Source: Gemmatimonadota bacterium (lineage in GTDB: Bacteria > Gemmatimonadota > Gemmatimonadetes > Gemmatimonadales > Gemmatimonadaceae). From it: a stretch of 35,943 nt of DNA. A program made the position numbers and the translations under genes. Within the stretch, counting starts at the first letter, position 1. Each line of letters starts with the position of its first letter. Below are positions 10,811 to 17,893 of this stretch, in pieces. The DNA lies in NCBI GenBank assembly GCA_043748515.1, contig JAYTNC010000185.1, forward strand, positions 1 through 35,943, in the 5' to 3' direction. Under the pieces are notes generated by a model. It ran no database searches. It was not told the origin of the DNA and saw only the letters and a list, made by a program, of their open reading frames with translations.

Positions 10811-11011
10811 TCTGCATGGACACTATTCAACTTGCACGTCGCGCGCGCAATGGGGAGAATGCTTACACGGACCCACGATGCGAGCGGTGCCGACATGCAC
10901 GGCTTGCGACGGCGCGCGGGTCTGCTCGCGGATCGCGCGCTAGATTCCGTGGCCATACCAGACCGCGTGCGACGCGCGCGGCCCGCGCTTCACTCCCTCA
11001 GCTGCCAGACC

Positions 11012-12202
11012 GTGCAGACCACTTCGCGATTCGACAGCCTTCCCGTCTATCTCCTCGCCACGATCCCGCAGAAGAAGCGTGACCTGATCGCGAAGGGCGT
11101 GGATGTCATCGACCTCGGTGCCGGCGATGCCGATCTCGCCGCGCCGCCCGCCGCGGTCGCCGCGCTCAAGGCTGCCGTCGATGATCCCGCGATGAGCCGC
11201 TACGGATTCGGGCTCGGTCTCCCCGCCTATCGCGAAGCGGTGAGCACGTTCATGCTCAAGCGGTTCGGGCACACGTTCGATCCGCTCAAGGAGGTCGTGC
11301 CCCTCATCGGCAGCAAGGAGGGCATCGCGCACCTGGCGTTCTGCTACCTGCAGCGGGGCGACGTCGCGATCATCCCCGACCCGGGCTATCTCGCGTACCT
11401 CGGCGGCACGCTGCTGAGCGAGGCCCAGCCGTATCTGTATCCGCTCACGCCGCGCACGAACTTCCTCGTCGAGCTCGACGACGTGCCGGCCGACGTGCTC
11501 GCGCGCACGAAGATCCTCTATCTCAACTATCCGAACAACCCGACGGCCGCGGTCGCGCCGCTGCAGTACCTCGAGCGCGTCGTGCGCCGCTGCCGCGAAC
11601 TCGGCATCCTCCTCGTGTACGACAATGCCTACTCGGAGATGACCTTCGACGGCTACGTGGCCCCGAGCATCTTCGACGTCCCCGGCGCGCGCGACGTGGC
11701 GATCGAGTTCCATTCGCTCTCCAAGACGTACAACATGACCGGCTGGCGTTGCGGATGGGCCTGCGGCAACGCGAGCGTCGTCGGCGCGCTGAGCAAGGTG
11801 AAGAGCTTCCTCGACACGGGACAGTTCATGGCCGTGCAGCGCGCCGGTATCGCCGCGCTCGAGTCGTGGGAGTCGTGGGTGCCCGGCAACGTCGAGGTGT
11901 TCCGGATTCGCCGCGACGCTGCGGTCGCCGCCTTCCGTGCGAACGGATTCCCGGGGGTGGAGTCGCCGAAGGCGTCGATGTATCTCTGGGTGCCGCTGCC
12001 CGCCGGCGTGAAGTCGCTCGAGTTCCACGAGCGGCTCATGGCCGAGGAGGGCGTGATCGCGCTCGCCGGCTCGTCGCTCGGCGCCGGCGGCGAGGGATTC
12101 TTCCGCATCTCGTTCATCACGAGTCCGGAGCGGATCGCCGAGGCGGCGGTGCGCGCGGGACGCGTGCTGCAGCGGATGCTCGCTAGCGGCGATCCAGACT
12201 GA
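11012..12202 (+). CDS. PLP-dependent aminotransferase class I/II (LL-diaminopimelate aminotransferase-like)
   Basis: Likely GTG start at 11012 (MQTTSRFDSLPVYLLA...DVIDLGAGD). Motifs LIGSKEGIAH, LNYPNNPT, YDNAYSE and PLP-lysine motif FHSLSKTYNMTGWRCG. Confidence 0.88.
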   Translation: MQTTSRFDSLPVYLLATIPQKKRDLIAKGVDVIDLGAGDADLAAPPAAVAALKAAVDDPAMSRYGFGLGLPAYREAVSTFMLKRFGHTFDPLKEVVPLIGSKEGIAHLAFCYLQRGDVAIIPDPGYLAYLGGTLLSEAQPYLYPLTPRTNFLVELDDVPADVLARTKILYLNYPNNPTAAVAPLQYLERVVRRCRELGILLVYDNAYSEMTFDGYVAPSIFDVPGARDVAIEFHSLSKTYNMTGWRCGWACGNASVVGALSKVKSFLDTGQFMAVQRAGIAALESWESWVPGNVEVFRIRRDAAVAAFRANGFPGVESPKASMYLWVPLPAGVKSLEFHERLMAEEGVIALAGSSLGAGGEGFFRISFITSPERIAEAAVRAGRVLQRMLASGDPD

Positions 12203-15200
12203 GCACCACCAGGCGTGACGTCGAGCCGCCACCGGTCGCGATCGCCACGAACTGACGTCCGTCGCTGGTGCGGTACGTCATGGGATTCGAATACGCCTGC
12301 TGTCCGAGGTCGAGTTCCCAGAGCGTGACGCCGGAGCGGGTGTCGATCGCATGGAGCACCCGGCCGCCTCCCGACGCGAAGACGAGACCGCCGCCCGTGA
12401 CGAGTCCGCCGGGTGAGCCCGACACGCCGAGTCGCGAGGGCAGCACCGCGCCGCGCAACGCCGGATGCGCGCGCACCTCGGGGGTGTCGCCGAGCGGCAC
12501 CTGCCACATGGTCTCGCCGGAGTTCATGTCGACGGCGGTGAGTGTGCCGTACGGCGGCTTGTTCACCGGCAACCGCGCGGGCGAGCGATCGGCGCCCTCG
12601 GCGTTGTCGCGCTGCGAGACACCGAGCGACGAGCGCGGGAGGTCGACCACATAGGGTGAATCCACCGTGTCGCTGGTGGCGTCGCGTTTGATCAGGCGGA
12701 AGAGCGCGGGTGCGTTCGAGCCCTTCACGAAGAGCCAGCCGGTGGTGGGATCGACCGCAGCTCCGCCCCAGCCCGCACCGCCGATCACACCCGGCATCGC
12801 GACGGTGCCCTGCTGCGACGGCGGACCGTAGATGGGGCCGAGCCGATACGGCGCGACCTCGGCGAGCGCGGCCGCGCGCAGCGCCGCCGTGAAGTTCATG
12901 AGGTCGTCGGCCGCGAGTCCCTGTTGGGTGAACGGCGCGGGCTTCGTCGGGAATGGCTGCGTCGGCCAAGCGACTTCGCCCGGCACGTCGCTCGCCGGGA
13001 CCGCGCGTTCCTCGATCGGCCAGAGCGGCGCGCCCGTCGCGCGCTCGAACGCGAAGAGCATCCCCTGTTTGGTCGGCACCACGACGATGTCCTTCCGCAC
13101 GCCGTCGTGCGTCACCGTCATGAGGTTGGGCGGAGCAGGGAGGTCGTAGTCCCAGAGCCCGTGGTGCGCGATCTGGAAATGCCAGACGCGCCGACCGGTG
13201 CGCGCATCAAGCGCGACGAGCGACTCGCCGAAGAGATTCGCGCCCTTGCGCTCGCCGCCGTACCAATCGTCGCTCGGCGTGCCGACCGGCAGGAAGACGA
13301 GCCCGCGCGCGCTGTCGACCGTGAACGGCGCCCAGACGTTGGTGTGGCCCTTGTAGCGCCACGACCCGTCCTCCCACGTCTCGTTGCCGGTCTCGCCCGG
13401 TTCGGGCACCGTCTTGAAGCGCCAGACGCGACGACCCGTGCGCACGTCGAACGCCTGCACGTCGCCCGGCGGATCGCCGCGGTACATGAGACGGTCGCCG
13501 ACGCCGTTGCCGACGATCACCAGGTCACCCCAGATCACCGGCGGCGAGGTGTTCGTGTAATGCTCGCGGCGCACCGCGCGCGAGAGACCGGCGGTGAGGT
13601 CGATCGCTCCGTCGGTCCCGAACGAGGCGATCGGCGTTCCGCTCGCCGCGTCGAGCGCGATCAGGCGCCAGCGCGAGTTGATGAACACGCGCCGCGCCCG
13701 GCCATCGGTCCAGGTCGCGATGCCACGGTGCACGAAGCCCGTGCCGTTGCTCGGCTGCCCGTAGGTCTTCCACGGCTGCGGGTCGTACTGCCAGAGTTCG
13801 CGGCCGGAGCGCGCGTCGAGCGCGATCACGCGGTTGAACGGCGTAGGGAAGATGAGTGTGTCGCCGATCGCGAGAGGCGTCGCCTGGAAGAGGCCGGGGC
13901 GCGCGGGCTTCTGCCCCTCGCTCGCCGGAACGGGCCGCTCGTTCGCGTCCCAGCTGAACGCGACACGAAGACCATGCACGTTCGTGCGGTCGATGTCGTC
14001 GAGCGGCGAGTACTTCAGTCCGCCCGCGTCGTTGCCGTAGGCCGCCCAGCCTACCGCACCCCCGCGCGCGCGATCGAGACGTTCCGGAGCGAGCACCGCG
14101 GCGCCGCCTTTCATGACGAACGCGATGCGCTGCAGGGCCGTGATGTCGATCAGCGGATCGCCCTCCACGGCGATCAGGTCCGCCACCCGTCCTTCGGTCA
14201 CGGTGCCGATGCTGTCAGCGAGGCCGAGTGCTTCGGCGGCGAGCGAGGTCGCGGCGCGGATCGCGTCGGCGTTCGCCTGGCCCGCCTCGCGCACACGGTA
14301 CACGATCTCGCGCGCATTCTGCCCATGCCCGCCCGCGACGGCATCGGTGCCCATCACGAGCTTGAGTCCCGGGGTGCGCATCGCCGCGCGGAAGACGGCG
14401 AGGTTCTTCGGCACCACGTCCTCCATGAAGCGGAATCCCTCGTCGGTGAAGTTGCCCACACCGACGAACCGCGCGCGATTCTCGAGGTAGTTCTGGATCA
14501 CGAGCCCGACGTTGGGCTCGAAGAACGTCCCGCGCTGCGCCATGAGCGCGAGGTCGGTCGCCGTCACCTGCGTGCCGTGCGTGACACCGGTGCAGCCGGC
14601 GTTCGCAGCCGCGCGTACGGCCGAGGCGGCGTGCGCATGCACCCAGCTGCGCAGGCCCGCGCGGCGGGCCTCGTCGCAGGCGGCGGAGATCTGCGCGTCG
14701 CTCAGTGTCTGGCCGCCGCCGTCCCTGATGCTCCGTGAAGAGAAGATCTTGATGACATCGGCGCCGCGCGCGGCGGTCGCGCGCACCCATTCGCGGATCT
14801 GCTCCGGCGTGCGCGAAGTATCGCTGAACTGTGCCACCGACGTGAGGATGCGCGGTCCCTCGGCGCGCCCCTCGGCGATCGCGCGACGGAGTTCGAGGTC
14901 GATCGCCGCGCCAAGGCTCTGCACGGTCGTGAAGCCGGCGCGCACCGTGAGCTGCGCGTTCTCCATCGCCGCGCGCAGCCGCTGCTGCGGCGTCTCGCCG
15001 CGGGTGTTCGCGCGGCCGTCGGCGCCGAAGTGGCCGTCGATGTGCACGTGCGTGTCGATGAGACCGGGCAGGACGGTCCGGCCGGAGAGGTCCCACGTGA
15101 CGACCGTTCCCGCGCGCCAAGGCGCGATGCGCGTGATCCGTGGACCGTCGATGGTGAGCACGACGTCGCGCCGCACGCCGCCGCGACCGTCGAGGAGCGT

Positions 15201-15374
15201 GCCCGCGCGGATGGTGAGCGGAGCGCGCCGAGCATCGGCAGCGGCAACGTTGCGGGTCGCTACGTCGTGCGGCGCGCCGGCTTGCGGCGTGTCGGCCGCG
15301 AGCGCCAACGGGATCGCGAACATCACGGCGCGACGGAGCGCGCCGGAGTGGATCATGCCTGAACGAATCGTCAT
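12183..15374 (-). CDS. Secreted fusion: amidohydrolase (metal-dependent TIM barrel) + PQQ-dependent glucose/quinate-type dehydrogenase
   Basis: Single uninterrupted ORF; start placed at ATG 15374 (GAGG upstream), tentative. N-half has PGLIDTHVH, VIKIF, VHAH, THG, GTDA and ends VMKGG. C-half has W.AYGND.GG.KYSPL..I...NV, QATPL, TSPP, HHGLWDYDLPAPP, KPPYGTLTAVD and PMTY. Confidence 0.85.
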   Translation of the reverse strand: MTIRSGMIHSGALRRAVMFAIPLALAADTPQAGAPHDVATRNVAAADARRAPLTIRAGTLLDGRGGVRRDVVLTIDGPRITRIAPWRAGTVVTWDLSGRTVLPGLIDTHVHIDGHFGADGRANTRGETPQQRLRAAMENAQLTVRAGFTTVQSLGAAIDLELRRAIAEGRAEGPRILTSVAQFSDTSRTPEQIREWVRATAARGADVIKIFSSRSIRDGGGQTLSDAQISAACDEARRAGLRSWVHAHAASAVRAAANAGCTGVTHGTQVTATDLALMAQRGTFFEPNVGLVIQNYLENRARFVGVGNFTDEGFRFMEDVVPKNLAVFRAAMRTPGLKLVMGTDAVAGGHGQNAREIVYRVREAGQANADAIRAATSLAAEALGLADSIGTVTEGRVADLIAVEGDPLIDITALQRIAFVMKGGAAVLAPERLDRARGGAVGWAAYGNDAGGLKYSPLDDIDRTNVHGLRVAFSWDANERPVPASEGQKPARPGLFQATPLAIGDTLIFPTPFNRVIALDARSGRELWQYDPQPWKTYGQPSNGTGFVHRGIATWTDGRARRVFINSRWRLIALDAASGTPIASFGTDGAIDLTAGLSRAVRREHYTNTSPPVIWGDLVIVGNGVGDRLMYRGDPPGDVQAFDVRTGRRVWRFKTVPEPGETGNETWEDGSWRYKGHTNVWAPFTVDSARGLVFLPVGTPSDDWYGGERKGANLFGESLVALDARTGRRVWHFQIAHHGLWDYDLPAPPNLMTVTHDGVRKDIVVVPTKQGMLFAFERATGAPLWPIEERAVPASDVPGEVAWPTQPFPTKPAPFTQQGLAADDLMNFTAALRAAALAEVAPYRLGPIYGPPSQQGTVAMPGVIGGAGWGGAAVDPTTGWLFVKGSNAPALFRLIKRDATSDTVDSPYVVDLPRSSLGVSQRDNAEGADRSPARLPVNKPPYGTLTAVDMNSGETMWQVPLGDTPEVRAHPALRGAVLPSRLGVSGSPGGLVTGGGLVFASGGGRVLHAIDTRSGVTLWELDLGQQAYSNPMTYRTSDGRQFVAIATGGGSTSRLVVLSLDRR

Positions 15375-15508
15375 TGCAGCCTCGGAGAGCGGATGCGCCG
15401 GAATCTGGGGTGTGTGGACCGCGCCGGCCAGAACGGATCGCCTCGCGCCATCGCGCACAACACCGCATCGGTCTCGCGCGACCCCCCCGGACGAGTTACC
15501 ATCCGGCC

Positions 15509-16198
15509 GTGACGACAGACCGAAGGAACTTCATCAGGCGCGCCGCCCTTGCGGCCGCCACCGCGTCGGGACTCGGCGCCACCGAGGCGCTCGCGCAGGG
15601 CGCGGCGAGTGCCGCGCGCGCACCAGCCACCGCACCGGCCACCGCACCGGCCACCGCGCCGCCGACCGTCGCGCCACAGGGCGCGGCTCAGGCCACGCCG
15701 CGCACCCTCGACCCCGTGCTCCTCCGCGCGCTCGGCGATGCGATCCTCCCTGAGATGCTCGGAGATGGCGGGCGCGCGAAAACCATCGCGGCCTTCGCCG
15801 GCTGGCTCGCAAGGTACACACCGGTCGCTGAGGAGATGCACGGCTACGGCGACGCCGAGATCACCTACACGCCGAGCGATCCCGCGCCGGGCTGGAACGC
15901 GCAACTCGCCGGGCTCGACCTGCTCGCGCGCAAGAAGCATCGGCGCGGCTTCGCGCGGCTCGGCGTGCCGCTGCGTCGTGCCGTCGTGCAGGCGCAACTC
16001 GCGCGAGTAAGCACCACGCGCCTACCGGCGAACCCGCTCTCGGCGCCGCACGTGGCCGTCGCGCTGCTCGCGCACTGGGCCGCCTCGAGCGAGGCGACCG
16101 ATCTCGCGTACGAGGCGCGCATCATGAAGGGGAACTGCCGCTTGCTTTCCGAAACGTCGCGCACGCCCCTCCCGCTCGCCGCCACGGGGGAGGCATGA
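15509..16198 (+). CDS. Tat-signal small subunit, gluconate 2-dehydrogenase subunit 3-like partner of the GMC oxidoreductase
   Basis: GTG start gives MTTDRRNFIRRAALAAA (twin-arginine motif), followed by an APAT-repeat linker, L.ALGDAILP and LDLLARKKH.RGFA.L. ATGA overlap with the GMC gene. Confidence 0.7.
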   Translation: MTTDRRNFIRRAALAAATASGLGATEALAQGAASAARAPATAPATAPATAPPTVAPQGAAQATPRTLDPVLLRALGDAILPEMLGDGGRAKTIAAFAGWLARYTPVAEEMHGYGDAEITYTPSDPAPGWNAQLAGLDLLARKKHRRGFARLGVPLRRAVVQAQLARVSTTRLPANPLSAPHVAVALLAHWAASSEATDLAYEARIMKGNCRLLSETSRTPLPLAATGEA

Positions 16199-17820
16199 CC
16201 GCGCCCCGCGTCCTCGAGGCCGACATCTGCATCGTCGGCTCCGGCATCACCGCGGCGCTCATGGCCGAGAAGCTCGCCGCCGAGCGTGACGCGACGATCC
16301 TCGTCGTCGAGGCCGGCGGGCACTCGACTCCGCTCCGCGAACGTGCGCTTAGGCGCGCGCGCTGGATGGACTACGGCGAGACGCCCTGGCCCAACGATCA
16401 TCTCGACGACCAGAACGCGCTCGGCACCGCGTACGGCTACTCGCCGTCGATGAACGTCGGCGGTCTCGCCCTGCACTGGGGCGGCGTGACACCGCGCTAC
16501 TCGCCAGAGGATTTCCGCCTGCGCACGCTCTACGGCGTGGGCGACGATTGGCCGATCACGTACGACGACCTCGATCCCTTCTATCAGGAGGCCGAGGAGC
16601 GGATGGGGATCGCGGGCGAGCAGGGGCCGGCGGCGATGGATCCGCGTGGCAAGCCGTTCCCGATGCCCGCGCTCCCGCTCAGCCAGAGCCTGCAGCAGTT
16701 GCGGGAGTGGGCGGGGAAGGCGGGCATCGCGATGTGGAGCCAGCCGAGCGCGAAGAACTCGGTGCCGTACCAGGGGCGCGGCGCCTGTCAGCGTTGCGAT
16801 ACCTGCTATCCGATCTGCCCCAGCGGCGCGAAGTACTCGCCCGACTTCTCGTTCGACGCACTCGTGCGTGCAGGACGCATCAGGCTCGTGACCGACACGC
16901 TCGTGCGACGCCTGCACGCCGACGCGCGCACGGGGCGCATCACGCATGCGACGGCGAACGCCACCAAGGCGCCCGCGCAGGAGGTGACGATCCGCGCGAA
17001 GAGCTTCGTGCTCGCCGCCGGCTTCACCTGGACGCCGCACCTGCTGCTGCTCTCGGCCGGCGGTGCGTATCCCGACGGCATCGCCAACCGCTCCGGACTC
17101 GTCGGCAAGTACATCTGCGGTCACCGCAACGTCGGCGCGCAGATCCGCCTGCCCATGAAGCTCTTCCCCGGCGTGAGCGCGCAGCACTCGCTCGTGACCA
17201 AGCAGTTCATGCGGCCTGGCGCGCTCGACCGATACATCCGCCACGACCTGCGGCTCTGGGAGTCGTCGTTCGGCCAGGAGCCGCGCCTCCGCGACGACGG
17301 GGGCGCGCTCCTCTTCGGCGATGCCCTCATGACCGATTGGCGCTCTCGCACCGCGAAGGGCACCGCGCGCGTGCGTGCCTACTACGACGTGCTCCCCGCG
17401 CGCGACAGCGAACTCACGCTCGATGCCAGCGCGAAGAACGCGTGGGGCGACCCGATGCCGCGTCTGCAGTTCCGTGACGCGCCCGAGTCGATCGCGCTGC
17501 GCGCCTGGACCGAGCAGACCATCCGCGACCTCTTCCAGCGCATGGCGCGCGCCGGCGACGGCGAGATCATCTCGAACGCCTCGGCGGCCGGCGACATCGG
17601 GCAGGAACATCCCGGCGGGGGGTGTCGCATGGGCAGCGATCCCGCGACGAGCGTCGTGGACCGTGACGGCCGCGCGCACGACCATGAGAACCTCTTCATC
17701 GCCGGCGCACCGACCAACGTGACGGCGAGCTGCTGCAACGGCACGCTCACCTTCGCCGCGCTTGGCCTGTTGACCGCCGCGCGTGTGGGCGAGGCGTTCA
17801 CAGCGCGTTCGTCCCGCTGA
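16195..17820 (+). CDS. GMC family FAD oxidoreductase with Fe-S cysteine motif
   Basis: DICIVGSGITA FAD-binding motif, VGGLALHWGG, WPITYDDLDPFYQEAE, CQRCDTCYPICP, active-site HPGGGCRMG and NGTLT. GGAGG precedes the ATG. Confidence 0.92.
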   Translation: MTAPRVLEADICIVGSGITAALMAEKLAAERDATILVVEAGGHSTPLRERALRRARWMDYGETPWPNDHLDDQNALGTAYGYSPSMNVGGLALHWGGVTPRYSPEDFRLRTLYGVGDDWPITYDDLDPFYQEAEERMGIAGEQGPAAMDPRGKPFPMPALPLSQSLQQLREWAGKAGIAMWSQPSAKNSVPYQGRGACQRCDTCYPICPSGAKYSPDFSFDALVRAGRIRLVTDTLVRRLHADARTGRITHATANATKAPAQEVTIRAKSFVLAAGFTWTPHLLLLSAGGAYPDGIANRSGLVGKYICGHRNVGAQIRLPMKLFPGVSAQHSLVTKQFMRPGALDRYIRHDLRLWESSFGQEPRLRDDGGALLFGDALMTDWRSRTAKGTARVRAYYDVLPARDSELTLDASAKNAWGDPMPRLQFRDAPESIALRAWTEQTIRDLFQRMARAGDGEIISNASAAGDIGQEHPGGGCRMGSDPATSVVDRDGRAHDHENLFIAGAPTNVTASCCNGTLTFAALGLLTAARVGEAFTARSSR

Positions 17821-17893
17821 CCGTGGAGTCTGTGTGCCGGGCCTTGGTCCGGCGTCACCTGCAGTCGCCCTTCCAACCGGAGTCCCTGTTCTG

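Noticed and set aside
10722-10817. 31-codon minus-strand ORF MQSEGDASAMPQAVRAPGPDPLLQGRAKRQG inside the candidate RNA
   Set aside because: No RBS, the ATG is too close to the putative -10 to be transcribed, and there is no recognisable motif. Reconsider only if homologues show codon-level conservation.
10499-11011. ORF-track N-terminal extensions (aminotransferase from 10499; likewise 6754, 8349, 9791, 21394, 22081, 31795, 31870)
   Set aside because: The extensions are low-complexity and overlap other genes or structured DNA. Family homology, signal peptides and stop/start overlaps indicate the shorter starts reported.
13135-13170. WDYD motif in the PQQ domain as a sign of lanthanide dependence
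   Set aside because: HHxLWDxD is the normal motif of Gcd/QuiA-type quinoproteins. The domain lacks the vicinal Cys-Cys of the XoxF/ExaF/PedH-type alcohol dehydrogenases where the extra Asp is diagnostic.
15618-15665. 12-bp coding repeats (APAT x3), and other Pro/Ala/Gly-rich tracts at 3100-3250, 22655-22690 and 26285-26325
   Set aside because: In-frame low-complexity linkers, common in secreted proteins of high-GC bacteria. No sign of phase variation.
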